From: Pirellulales bacterium | GTDB taxonomy: Bacteria; Planctomycetota; Planctomycetia; Pirellulales; PALSA-1355 | DNA length: 64,000 bases | Reading direction: 5' to 3' | NCBI GenBank assembly: GCA_963733035.1 | Contig: CAVTBU010000005.1 | Coordinates: 2,816,001-2,880,000, forward strand | Part shown: one piece after another, positions 50,076 through 60,947 of the stretch | Layout: each line of letters opens with the position of its first letter | How positions within the stretch are numbered: position 1 is the stretch's first letter | Position numbers and translations under genes: made by a program | The notes under the pieces: generated by a model | What the model was told of the DNA's origin: nothing | Databases searched by the model: none | What the model saw: only the letters and a program-made list of their open reading frames with translations

Positions 50076-53000
50076 CTATTTCTCGGGATCGACAAAATCC
50101 GGCCTCGTGCCGATGTCGTACTGCATCTGTTTGAGGAACGCCAACAGGTCGGCCATTTCCTGCGGGTTGATGTTTTTTTCCAGTCCTTCGGGCATCAGCG
50201 ATTTGCCGGTGCTTTTGATCTGATCGATGTTTTGCTTAAGCACGGTTTCGCTGGCGGCTTTGTCGCGCGTAAGCGTGATGCTGGTGGCCGTCTCCGTGCG
50301 GATCAATCCGGTGAGGGTGCGTCCGCTGTCATCAATGACGACGTAGTTGACGAAGCCGGGATGTACTTCGCGGTTGGGATCGAGAATCGCTTCCAATAGC
50401 GCCCCGTCGGTGCGATTGCGCACCAGGGCCAGGTTTGGACCGACCTCGAATCCACGATCCGCCAGCCGATGGCAGATCATGCACTCGCGCTGATAAACGC
50501 GATCGCCGCGTGAGGGATCTCCCGACAGCGATAGCGCCATCTGGTATTGGGTGACGGCCTCGCCACGAGGGCTGTTGTCGGCCGCAAACAGCTTTTCGGC
50601 CCGCTGGCGCACGGAGTCATCCTGGTGATTCAGCAGGGCGACGCGACGTTGCCCGGAGATCTGCCCAGCATTGACGGCGCCGCGATCACACGCTTCCAAT
50701 AATCGCATCGACCAGGAAGTGCGTGACGTGAGCACGGCGATGATTTCTTCTTGCACTTTGGGTGTTGATCGCTGCCAGACGGCGACCAAGCCGTCGGCGA
50801 TCGCGGGTTCCTGCTGACCGGCCAGTGTTTGCAGGGTGAGAAGCTGGAGCGACTCGGGCTGGGCCGGATCGACCAGCCGCATTAACACCTCGACCAGTGT
50901 GGCGCTGCCCGTGCACCCCAGTAGCCGCACGGCGGCGAGTCGCGCGTCGAGCGGTGCCGAATCATTGACCGCCGCGCGAGCTGCCTGATCATGCAACTGC
51001 GCGACCATTTCGGCGGCACGTGTCGAGGCACTGACGGCGTCCAACGTGCGGCCCGTTCGTTTCAGTTCATTTCCCAATCCGAGGACGATCGTGCGTTGGA
51101 GCGGAGAACTGTTTGGCAACGTCGCGGCCAGATCGAGCACTTGTGATGTTTCCGCGGCATCGTTCCGCACGCCGACGATCGTGGCCAATTCTCGGCACCA
51201 TGCGTCTGCTTGCGGCAGCTTCAGCCAGGGGGCTCTGCGAACCAGCTTGCCAAGGAGCTCACCGCTGCGCGTGGCACACGACGACAGCACGGCCGTGCGG
51301 GTCCAGGAGTCCGCGGCATCGCGCGTGGCGATCGCCGCCAGTGCTTCCAGGGCGCGAGGATCTGGCGATTCTCCCAAGGCAAAGGCGACCTGAAATCGCA
51401 CGCCGGGATCCTCATCCTCGGCGAGTTGCAGGACTTTTTGCAGCAGCGGAGCGGACGCGTTCAATCGCCCGGCCGCCAAACGTACCGCGTGGTCTCGCAC
51501 GCGAGGTGATACGTCGGAGAGGGCCGCCAAAAGTTCTGCTTCGCGGAGCGACTGCAGGCCGTCGAGCGAATAGAGAATGTGCATCCGCCCGACCGACGAA
51601 GGCGCATCTTGCAGTCGCTTCCGTAGTCGGTCGACGATCGAAGGATCCTGCCGCTCGAAGATCAACCGCGCCGCCGTGTCTCGCCACCAACCGCCGGGAT
51701 GTTCCAATATTTCGGCCAGCTCGCTGGTCGTGGCGCTACCCAATTTCGGCTGAGGGGGAGTCTTGAAGCCTGGCGGAGCGAGGCGATAGATGCGCCCCTT
51801 GTCGCGGCCGTTGGTCAAATCGAGATGCTTCACCACGTCGTTGGCAATATGGATTGATTCGATCACCTCGCGGGACATATCGAGCACGTACAGTGTTCCG
51901 TCAGGAGCGTTGATGCAATTGACTGGCCGGAACCAGGTATCGGTCGAACGGACAAATTCAGAATTGGCATCGGCCCGTTCGCTGCGGAACGTGACTCCGT
52001 CGGGAATCAGCTTGCGGTGATGAATCAGGTTGTTCTGCGAGCAGCCGACGAACACGTCGCCGTGGTACTTCTCGGGATAGGCGTGGCCCCGATAGACCGT
52101 CAGGCCGGCGGCCGCGTCCATCACGTTGTGACTCAAGCCGGCTGAACGCGACGAGCGCTCGCCCGCGATTAACCGCCGGGTCGAGCGAATTTGTCGCCAC
52201 CGCTCGACCGGGCTGATGCGAAAGATGGGCGTTACTCCGGGCGAAAGATCTTTTAAGCCGCTCGACACGGCCAGATACGGATTGCGGGCCAGATACCGCT
52301 GCGGCAAAACGACTTGCACCAGCGGATTCGACTCGCTGCAGATAAACCGATTGAACCAATCATCGAACGCGTTGCCGAACTGTTCGCGTCCGGTGATCGT
52401 TTCGAAGTTGCCGGTGACCGGGTCGAACCGAAAATCGCGGCCCGAGAGCACGATCGGCGGCGAGTCTTGTTGATCGGAGCGCGTAATTTCGCCGCCGTTG
52501 GTGGAGCCGGCACCGTAAATCTTGTGATCGATGCCCCAATTCAGATTGTTGACGCCCCCCTGTTGATTGCGATCGCCGAAGCCGGTGTAGACGCGCTCGC
52601 GCTCGTCGGCGACGTGGTCACCGTCGTTGTCGCGGCAGTACCAAATGTCGGGAGCCGCGGCGATGTAGACACCACCTTTCCAACACACCACGCCCGTGGG
52701 CCAGGCCAACCCTTGGGCGAAGATCCAACTCTTCTCGTAGCGGCCGTCGCCGTCGGTGTCTTGCAGGTAACGCACGCGACCCAGCGGCGGCCCATCTTGC
52801 GGCCGGTACGGGTAGTCGGTCATTTCGGCCACGTACATGCCGCCGTTCTCGTCGAAGCAGGCGGCGACCGGATCGGTGACTTCCGGTTCGTGGGCCGCCA
52901 GCTCCAGGTGGAAGCCGTCGAGGACTTCGAACGATTTGAGGGCCTCGGCGGGTGATTTTGCCGGAACCGGTTTGAGGAACTCGGCGAGCGCCTCGTCCGA

Positions 53001-54786
53001 CGCGTGCTGGTTCACCAGCGCCTCGATTTTGGGAGCAGCCGCGCTGTCGCCAGCGGTGACGCTCGCTATTCCGCCACTCAGTTGCGCCTCGACGAGAATC
53101 GCCCGCGAGCGGCGGAAATACTCGACGGACTTCTCGCGTTCCGGTACGTCGCGGGCAGCGTGGTCGGCGATCTGTTCGTCGATGCGTTGAATCAGCCAAT
53201 TTGCGGACGAATGGGAAAACGGGCGGCGGCCGTCCAAATCGACGTAGACGGGATTCGTATGGGCTTCGGCATCGGCGCTGCCGGTGGGCGAAGTGGAGAA
53301 CGCCCGGGCGGCAATCCACGAGGGCTCGGTGATTTCCACGGTCTTTTCCAGTTCGATCTGCTGGCCGCCTTCTGGCTTCGGCTGAGCTTTGATCGATTCG
53401 ACGACCCGGCCGTTAACGATCAGTTGCACGTCGGTCACGGGGCAGGTTTCGCTGCGGACGACGATACGAGCGGTACACTGCTTGGGTTTTCCGTCGTCGG
53501 TTGTAATCACGTCGCCAGGCCGCTTGCCGTCGACTTCCAACAGCACGAGTGGCCCGCTCGTCATGAAGCTTTGGCCGGCCGCGGCGGCTGCGAGCCATTT
53601 TTCAAACGTCGGCTCGCCGTCGATGTGGACGTAGGTCCGCGAATCGCCCAGTTTGCGGCAGGCGGGATAATCGCAGGCGCCGATTCCGGGAAAGCGGAAC
53701 CCACCGTTGAGCACGTGGTACCAGCCCTGTAGTCCGATGCCGCGATAGATGCCGAATTGCAACAGCTCGACGCCGTTGGTGGCTCCCTGCACGAGGTCGG
53801 CCCAAATTTCCTGGGAATAGCCGCCGTGGGCATGGAATGCGTAGCCGCCCTGGCGGCGGGTCTCGCTGGCGATGTCGCCAAACGCGGGGCCAAGATTAGG
53901 GTCCAGGTGTTGACCGCTCAGCACCAACGAATCGCGCAAGTAAAGCAGCATGTGGCCGGAAACAACGTTGCGATACTCCTGACCTGAGAGGATCTGATAA
54001 TCGCCCCGGCGGCGAATCGATTTGTTTCCCAGCCCCTGAAGCTGCGGGGTGACAAGTTCCGGCATCGTTCCGGGGTAGTCGTTCGTCTCGTTGTAGGCCA
54101 GCACCATGCCGAACCGCATGTCCTCGGCTTCCAAGAGATCGAAGATTCGCTCGTCGTCACGGGCGCGTAGCGCGAATGAAATGCAAATGCGGATCGCCCG
54201 AGTACCAGCCTTGTTGGGCCATGGGCGTGGTAACGGTAAGCGACAGGCGGACGTCGCGCTCTTCTCCGGCTTCCAGCTCCACCTGGTGTACCAGCGGGCG
54301 ACATTCAAAACCTTTCCAGACCTCGACGCGAACCTTGCCGGCGGGCACGTCGACGCGAAACTCGCCCGTCGTATAAAAGAAACGGCCAAAGTAGCGGATG
54401 GGGGCCTTGCTGGGACGATTGCCGGAGAGCGTGTCGGGCCAGGTGCCGTTGAGGCTATAGTCGGACAGCGGATTGTCTTGGGGCTGATAGAAGTTGCCGT
54501 CGGGACCGACGACGTTTACACGGCAGGGGGTCGGTTCGCCGGTCGACTGGTCGAGGATGGTGACCTTCAGCTGCGCCGTATCGGGTCCTGCGGCCACGGC
54601 AACTTTGCCTTCCTGGTTGAAGCCGGGCGGCGTGAAAATGTAGGCTTCGTCGGCAGCCACAATGGGTGACTTGTCGAACTGGCCACGTTGAGCCAATGCC
54701 TGCGATGGGAAGCCGACCGCCAGACAGCATGCGATCGCGGCAAGTCCAGGGATTGTCATCGGCGAAGGCCGCAGAAGTTCGCGCAT
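50076..54786 (-). CDS. Fusion: CehA/McbA (PHP-like) metallohydrolase + PVC-type haem-binding CxxCH protein (frameshift ~54165)
   Basis: Signal peptide; GWYSGDPHLH, GQEYR..GH, HAHGG, GACDYP, AHTNPVYV; then in frame AAHEPEVTDPV...YVAEMTDYP, GRIYRL, HEAT repeats, CMICH, SLMPEGL. Confidence 0.85.
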
Positions 54787-55014
54787 CGTCGTTTGCCGGA
54801 AGGAGGGTCGGGTAGGCAACCGCGGCGACCGAAGCTCGGGTCGCCCCGGCGAATCGTCGAAAACGATGCTACCCTGCCACGGTATCCGTCGCAATCATCT
54901 GGTTGCTGGTCGAACTGGCGAAATGGACCGCGAACTGGAACATAGCCACGTGGCCTCGTGAGGAATTAGAATGAAACCCGATCCGGATTTCGTTCCACGC
55001 GGGCGACAAACAAC

Positions 55015-56211
55015 GTGAACATCTACAAGCAATTAGGGCTGACGCCGATCATCAATGCCTCGGGAGCCGTGACGCGGCTTGGGGGCGCGCCGATGAGCGA
55101 TGCGGTGCTCGAGGCCTTCCGACAGGCGGCGGGTGAGTGTGTGCCGCTCGAACAGTTGCAGGGGGTCGCCTGTCGTCGGATCGCCGCAGCCACCGGAACC
55201 GAGGCTGGATTGGTGACTTCGGGGGCCGCGGCCGCGCTCACGCTGGGTACCGCTGCAATCCTGGCGAGAAACGACCTCTCGCGAATGGAACGCTTGCCGT
55301 GCTGCGAAAATTTTCCCGATGAGTTCGTGGTGGCCCGCGAACAGCGCAACGGTTACGACCATGCCGTGCGTGCGGCCGGTGCGCGGCTCGTGGAAGTCGG
55401 TTGTAATGAACTGGTGGCCGGGTCGGGCGTGAGGCGAACCGAGGCCTGGGAGTATGAAGCGGCCTTTGGTCCGCGAACCGCGGGCGTGCTGTACGTCATG
55501 ACCGACGGAGCGCGGCCTCCGCTGGACGAGCTGGTGAACATCGCACACAAGCATTATCTGCCGGTGCTGGTCGACGCGGCCGGTGAGTTGCCGCCGCGGG
55601 CGAATCTGAAGTCGATCGCTGCCAGCCGTGCCGATCTGGTGGCATTTAGCGGTGGCAAGGCAATCGGTGGTCCGCAGGCGAGCGGCATCCTGTGTGGACG
55701 TCGTGAATTGATTGGGTCGGCGGCGCTGCAGATGCTCGACATGGACGATCATCTGGAGCTCTGGGATCCGCCGGCGGAGCTGATCGACCGAGACAAGCTG
55801 CCAGGCATGCCACGGCACGGGATCGGCCGCGGGTTCAAGGTGGCGAAGGAGCAGATCGTGGCCCTGCTGGTGGCGCTAGAAGCATTTGAGAGCGGCGAGT
55901 ACGACGCGCAACTACCCGTTTATGAACGGCAATTGGAGAACATCGCCGGAGCGCTGTCCGATCGGCCGGTTCGCTGCCGGCTGCATGGTTCGGACGGCGA
56001 GCGGCTGCCGATCCTTGAAATCGTGGTCGACGAGACGAAACTTGGTCGCAGCGCCGTTGAGGTGTGCCGGCGGTTACGAGCGGGTTCGCCGCCATGCTAT
56101 GTGGGGCATGCGCGGCTGGCGCAGGGAGTGTTGACGATCAATCCGCTGCATCTGGACGACGAGCGGACCGCGGAACTCGCCCAGCGGCTACGTGCGGAAT
56201 TGAGCGAGTGA
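55015..56211 (+). CDS. SelA-like PLP-dependent enzyme (DgaE-type)
   Basis: IINASGAVTRLGG, VTSGAAAAL, VDAAGE, FSGGKAIGGPQ; lacks the N-terminal extension of true SelA. Confidence 0.85.
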   Translation: MNIYKQLGLTPIINASGAVTRLGGAPMSDAVLEAFRQAAGECVPLEQLQGVACRRIAAATGTEAGLVTSGAAAALTLGTAAILARNDLSRMERLPCCENFPDEFVVAREQRNGYDHAVRAAGARLVEVGCNELVAGSGVRRTEAWEYEAAFGPRTAGVLYVMTDGARPPLDELVNIAHKHYLPVLVDAAGELPPRANLKSIAASRADLVAFSGGKAIGGPQASGILCGRRELIGSAALQMLDMDDHLELWDPPAELIDRDKLPGMPRHGIGRGFKVAKEQIVALLVALEAFESGEYDAQLPVYERQLENIAGALSDRPVRCRLHGSDGERLPILEIVVDETKLGRSAVEVCRRLRAGSPPCYVGHARLAQGVLTINPLHLDDERTAELAQRLRAELSE

Positions 56212-56270
56212 TTTCGCGAGCCGTTCGCCGAAGCGGACGGCCGCCAGCGGTGGTGACAGCGCCGAATACC

Positions 56271-56717
56271 TTACGTTTCGACCGGTACTACGATCACGGT
56301 TCGCAGCGATCCTCGCATCACGTGCTCGGCCGTGGTGCCGAAGAGCAGCTTTTCGATCGGCCCTCGCGAACCAAAGCGACCCATGAGAATGGCGTCGACT
56401 TCGAAGTCCTCGGCCTTGCGGAGGATTTCGACGAAGGGCACCCCCTCGCAGACGATCGTTTGCACTTCAACGCGATCGCCGGCGCTCTCTTTGAGTGAAG
56501 CGAGTTCCTGCTCCGCCTGGGCTCTCATCTTTTCGACAATCATCTCGCGCGCTTCAAATCCCAGCCCGGTGGCAAATTCGACCAGCGCCGGGTCGATGGC
56601 ATGCAACAGGATCAGAGCGGCATCGTCGCCGCGAACCAGTTCCAGGGCCCGCTCAAAGACGCCGCGGGAAATAGGCGAAAGATCGACCGGCAGCAGCAGG
56701 GTATTGAGTTCGAACAT
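56271..56717 (-). CDS. Universal stress protein
   Basis: LLPVDLSPIS, LLHAI, GVPFVEIL, ILMGRFG, LLFGTTAEHV; AGGAAGG RBS. Confidence 0.92.
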   Translation of the reverse strand: MFELNTLLLPVDLSPISRGVFERALELVRGDDAALILLHAIDPALVEFATGLGFEAREMIVEKMRAQAEQELASLKESAGDRVEVQTIVCEGVPFVEILRKAEDFEVDAILMGRFGSRGPIEKLLFGTTAEHVMRGSLRTVIVVPVET

Positions 56718-56754
56718 GGAAGTACCTTCCTGTGGACCTGGAGCACCGTGCAAA

Positions 56755-56771
56755 TGCAATCCGTATGCCAA
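56755..56771 (-). promoter_or_regulatory. Sigma54 (-24/-12) promoter for the USP gene
   Basis: Minus strand TTGGCATACGGATTGCA: GG-N10-GC, near-consensus. Confidence 0.75.
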
Positions 56772-56933
56772 GGGCTGATGCGTTCGACAACTTGCGAAGC
56801 TGGGCTGGGCAATTTTCCGGCAGTGTGCTCAAAATGCATGGCCTGAGCCAATTCGCACGCTGCTATCAGCTTAAGGCGCCGCCCGTTGAAGGCAAGCTAC
56901 CGAATTCTGGGCATGCCTGCGGAGTGGCGAGTT

Positions 56934-56950
56934 TCGGCCCGCCGATTGCA
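56934..56950 (+). promoter_or_regulatory. Candidate sigma54 promoter for the cytochrome c/ATPase genes
   Basis: TCGGCCCGCCGATTGCA: GG-N10-GC with TTGCA at -12; ~60 nt before the start codon. Confidence 0.55.
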
Positions 56951-57012
56951 AAGTAAACTTTCTTGCGGCAATCGTCCCGAGTTCCCACGTTTTCAGAAGG
57001 AGTCTGGCGGTG

Positions 57013-57426
57013 ATGAAAACATGCATAGTACTGACCTGCGGCCTGGTGTTGACCGCGCTGGTGGCCGGAGCAATCGCCGAGGAACCTCAGCATGAGGAGC
57101 CGGGCAGCTTTTGGATGAAGAAGAAGGTCGAGTACAGCGAGCGGATTCTGGAAGGCCTGGCGAAAGAGGACTATGAAGAGATCGCCAAGAGTGCCCGCTC
57201 GATGAGTGCTTTGACGCAGCTTGAAAAATGGGTGCGAGCCAGCGTGCCTGCGTATCGATCTCAGTTGCGGATCTTCGAGAACGCCAACGACCAGTTGATT
57301 CGCACGGCGGAAGCCGAGCAACTTGACGGCGCGGCCCTGGCTTACGTCCAATTGACGTTGAGTTGCGTCAATTGTCACAAAGTCGTCCGCGATAATCCGG
57401 CCGAGGCTGCACCACGAAAACCCTGA
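57013..57426 (+). CDS. Periplasmic class II (c'-like) cytochrome c
   Basis: Signal peptide, helical body, C-terminal CVNCH; AGAAGGAG RBS. Confidence 0.8.
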   Translation: MKTCIVLTCGLVLTALVAGAIAEEPQHEEPGSFWMKKKVEYSERILEGLAKEDYEEIAKSARSMSALTQLEKWVRASVPAYRSQLRIFENANDQLIRTAEAEQLDGAALAYVQLTLSCVNCHKVVRDNPAEAAPRKP

Positions 57427-57449
57427 GTTCAACCTTTGCGTCCGCTGCA

Positions 57450-59399
57450 TTGCTCCGGGGTACCAGGGCTCGGTCGCTCTGGTCGACGTGGGTGGCGCGC
57501 AAGGATGCGCTGATTGCCAGCCTGGCGCTAGCCGCGATTGCCACTTATTTGGTCCTGCGGTTTGCCGTGGGGCTCGAAGCGCGGTGGGCGAAAGCGCCGC
57601 TGATTTTCGCGCTCGCGATGGGGGGCGTTCCGCTCGTCTTCGAATTGGCGGTACGCGCCTGGCGCCGGCAGTTCGGTTCGGATCTGCTGGCCGGTATTTC
57701 GATTGTGACCTCGGTGTTGCTCGAAGAGTACCTGGCTGGCACGTTGGTGGTGTTGATGCTCTCGGGCGGCGGCGCCTTGGAGAATTACGCCGTGCGGAGT
57801 GCGTCCAGCGTGCTCGACGCGCTGGCCCGTCGCATGCCGTCGCTGGCGCATCGCAAGCAAGACGGCGGCCTGCTCGACGTGGCGCTCGACGACGTGGCGG
57901 TGGGAGACCAATTGGTTGTCTTGCCGCACGAAATCTGTCCGGTTGACGGCATCGTCGTGCTCGGGCATGGGGTAATGGACGAGTCGTATCTGACCGGCGA
58001 ACCCTATTTGATGTCGAAGACGCCCGGTTCGACGGTTCTGTCGGGGGCCATTAACGGCCATTCCGCACTGACGATCGAGGCCAGCCGCCTGGCGGTCGAC
58101 TCGCGCTATGCCAAGATCATGCAGGTGATGCGCGGCAGCGAACAGCAGCGGCCGCGCATTCGCCGGCTGGGAGATCAGCTGGGGGCATTCTACACGCCCC
58201 TGGCGGTGGCGATTGCCGTGGCGGCCTGGACGGTCAGCGGCGACCCGATTCGCTTCTTGGCGGTGCTGGTGGTGGCGACTCCATGTCCGCTGTTGATTGC
58301 GATTCCCGTGGCAATCATCGGATCGATTTCGCTGGCCGCGCGGCGCGGGATCATCATCAAGGACCCGGCCATCCTTGAGCAGGTGGAAAAATGCCGCGTG
58401 GTGATTCTGGACAAGACCGGCACGCTCACCTACGGCAAACCGCACTTGATTGCGCAGTACGTTGCAGCCGACGGCGACCGGCGGCGTGTGTTGCTTTTCG
58501 CGGCCAGCCTGGAACGCTACTCCAAGCATCCGTTGGCCGCCGCACTTCTCGAGGCCGCGCAAGCGGAAGAGCTAAAATTGCTCGATGCCAGTGCCGTTGG
58601 AGAATTGCCGGGCGAAGGCCTGGCCGGCACGGTCGATGGTCACGAAGTCCGTATCGCCAGCCGAAAACAAATTGAAGCACTCGATCCGGACGCCGGCGCG
58701 AATTTTCCGCCGACGGTGGGTGGACTTGAGTGTTGCGTGGCCATCGACGGCCGCTATGCGGCGACCTATGGCTTTCGCGACGAACCGCGGGCCGAGGGAT
58801 TTTCCTTCGTGGGGCATTTGCGCCCTCAGCACCATATCGAGCGGATCCTGCTCGTCTCGGGAGATCGCGAAAGCGAGGTCCGCTATCTGGCTGATCAGGT
58901 CGGCATCACCGAAATCTACGCTGGCCAAAGCCCCGAACAAAAACTGGAACTGGTGCGGCGCGAGACGTCCCAAGCGAAGACGCTGTTTCTTGGCGACGGC
59001 ATCAACGATGCGCCGGCGCTGACCGCCGCTACGGTGGGAATTGCCTTCGGCCAAAACAGCGACATCACGTCGGAAGCGGCCGGGGCGGTTATCATGGACA
59101 CCTCGCTCGCCAGAGTCGATGAATTCCTGCACATCGGCCGTCGCATGCGCCGCGTGGCCCTGGAGAGTGCCCTGGCGGGAATGACGCTGAGCCTGGTGGG
59201 CATGGGTTTGGCTGCCGCCGGCTACCTGCCGCCCGTGGCCGGCGCCGTCGCCCAGGAAGTGATCGACCTGGTGGCGGTGCTGAACGCGGTTCGAGTGGCA
59301 ATCCCCCCGCGTTCGCTTTCCGACTATCAGCGGTTTGACCGCGTCGAGCGAACCGAAGCCGGCGGAATGTCGCGGACAGGGGCCGCGAAAGAGATATAA
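57450..59399 (+). CDS. Heavy-metal P-type ATPase, P1B-5 type
   Basis: [31 protein letters not shown]; no metal-binding or hemerythrin extension. Start uncertain. Confidence 0.9.
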   Translation: MLRGTRARSLWSTWVARKDALIASLALAAIATYLVLRFAVGLEARWAKAPLIFALAMGGVPLVFELAVRAWRRQFGSDLLAGISIVTSVLLEEYLAGTLVVLMLSGGGALENYAVRSASSVLDALARRMPSLAHRKQDGGLLDVALDDVAVGDQLVVLPHEICPVDGIVVLGHGVMDESYLTGEPYLMSKTPGSTVLSGAINGHSALTIEASRLAVDSRYAKIMQVMRGSEQQRPRIRRLGDQLGAFYTPLAVAIAVAAWTVSGDPIRFLAVLVVATPCPLLIAIPVAIIGSISLAARRGIIIKDPAILEQVEKCRVVILDKTGTLTYGKPHLIAQYVAADGDRRRVLLFAASLERYSKHPLAAALLEAAQAEELKLLDASAVGELPGEGLAGTVDGHEVRIASRKQIEALDPDAGANFPPTVGGLECCVAIDGRYAATYGFRDEPRAEGFSFVGHLRPQHHIERILLVSGDRESEVRYLADQVGITEIYAGQSPEQKLELVRRETSQAKTLFLGDGINDAPALTAATVGIAFGQNSDITSEAAGAVIMDTSLARVDEFLHIGRRMRRVALESALAGMTLSLVGMGLAAAGYLPPVAGAVAQEVIDLVAVLNAVRVAIPPRSLSDYQRFDRVERTEAGGMSRTGAAKEI

Positions 59400-59495
59400 T
59401 TGTCTGCGGGCTAAGACCTCTTCTGGCAGTTCGTTCCGTACCGAAGCCCAGGGCACCTCATTTCTCTCCGCGAGAACCACCGGGAGACTGTTGCC

Positions 59496-60926
59496 ATGCG
59501 ACGACGTGAGTTTCTTGTCACCGCGGCCGCGGCGACCTTGTCGAGTAACTTGCTTTTGCGGCGCGGACGCGCACATGAAACCGATCAGGAAGTCTGCCGC
59601 ACCTATGCCTCCCCCGCCGAGGCGATGGCTTCACCACGCGAACGAGACTTGTTCGTGACGGCCCTGCGGGTTGGAATCAACGACGCGCAGCCGGACTATC
59701 TGGCGGTGGTCGACGTGGATCCGAGCTCCAGAACGTATTCAAAAGTGGTGCACCGCGTGATGATGCCCACGCCGGGCGACGAGTTGCATCACTTCGGCTG
59801 GAATGCCTGCAGCAGTTGCCACGGCAAAGAAGGCGCGATGCGGCGCTATTTGATCGTGCCGGGTTTGAAGTCCGGAAACATTCATGTTCTCGATGCCGAG
59901 CACCCGCGGGCGACAAAGCTGCACAAGGTGATCGACGGCCAGCAGATTGCCGCTCGGACCAATCTGAGCGCCCCGCACACCGTGCATTGCCTGCCGAACG
60001 GGCAAATCATGATCTCGATGCTCGGCGACGCCCAGGGCGACACGCCGGGCGGTTTTCTGCTGCTGAACGAAAAATTCGAGGTCGCCGGTCACTGGGAACC
60101 GAAGCATAGCGGGCTGGAGTTCAACTACGACTTCTGGTACCAACCGCGGCACAACGTGATGGTTTCCAGCGAGTGGGGCGCGCCAAAAACGTTCGGCGGC
60201 GGATTCGACCTGAAGGACGTCGAGGCCGGAAAGTACGGGCACTCGCTGCTGTTTTGGGATTGGGACGCGCGGAAGCTGGTCGAAAAGATCGATCTGGGTC
60301 CGCAGGGCATGATTCCACTGGAAGTGCGGTTCCACCACGATCCGGACAGCACGCACGGATTCGTCGGCGCGGCCCTGTCGAGCACGATGTGGCATTGGCA
60401 TCAGGCCAATGGCCAGTGGCAGGTCGAGAAAGTGATCGAAGTCGAGCCGGTCGAAACCAAGGGCTGGCCGTTTCCCGTGCCGGGACTGATCACCGACTTG
60501 CTGGTGTCGATGGACGATAAATTCTTGTATTTCTCAAACTGGCTGCACGGCGATCTGCGGCAATACGACATCAGCGATCCGGCCGAGCCGAAACTAACCG
60601 GCCAATTGTGGTTGGGGGGCGTGATTGGACGCTCGGGCAAGTTTCGCGACCGCGACTTCGTGGGCGGTCCGCAAATGTTGCAGCTTAGTCTGGATGGGCG
60701 GCGGTTGTACGTTACCAATTCTCTGTACAGCAGTTGGGACAACGAGTTCTACCCCGAGATGGCGAAAGCCGGCTCGTCGCTGATGCGGATCGACTGCGAC
60801 CCGGCTGGTGGCATGAAACTGAACGAAGACTTCTACGTCGATTTTGGCCAGGAACCTGGTGGTCCGGCGCGGGCGCATGAGATGCGTTTCCCGGGCGGTG
60901 ACTGCACGAGCGACATTTGGGTGTAG
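59496..60926 (+). CDS. SBP56/SELENBP1-family protein (methanethiol oxidase-like), Tat signal
   Basis: MRRREFL; DYLAVVDVDP, DELHHFGWNACSSC, PHTVHC, YDFWYQPRHNVMVSSEWG, GGPQMLQLSLDGRRLY, GGDCTSDIW. Confidence 0.93.
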   Translation: MRRREFLVTAAAATLSSNLLLRRGRAHETDQEVCRTYASPAEAMASPRERDLFVTALRVGINDAQPDYLAVVDVDPSSRTYSKVVHRVMMPTPGDELHHFGWNACSSCHGKEGAMRRYLIVPGLKSGNIHVLDAEHPRATKLHKVIDGQQIAARTNLSAPHTVHCLPNGQIMISMLGDAQGDTPGGFLLLNEKFEVAGHWEPKHSGLEFNYDFWYQPRHNVMVSSEWGAPKTFGGGFDLKDVEAGKYGHSLLFWDWDARKLVEKIDLGPQGMIPLEVRFHHDPDSTHGFVGAALSSTMWHWHQANGQWQVEKVIEVEPVETKGWPFPVPGLITDLLVSMDDKFLYFSNWLHGDLRQYDISDPAEPKLTGQLWLGGVIGRSGKFRDRDFVGGPQMLQLSLDGRRLYVTNSLYSSWDNEFYPEMAKAGSSLMRIDCDPAGGMKLNEDFYVDFGQEPGGPARAHEMRFPGGDCTSDIWV

Positions 60927-60947
60927 TGGCGCAAAGGGGGAGGCACG

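Noticed and set aside
54157..60926. Selenium-utilisation island (SelA-like gene, 'selenium-binding' protein, TGA at 54157)
   Set aside because: The SelA-like protein is the short DgaE type, SBP56 is a thiol-oxidase family, the TGA is a frameshift by-product, and no selB, selC, selD or SECIS is visible.
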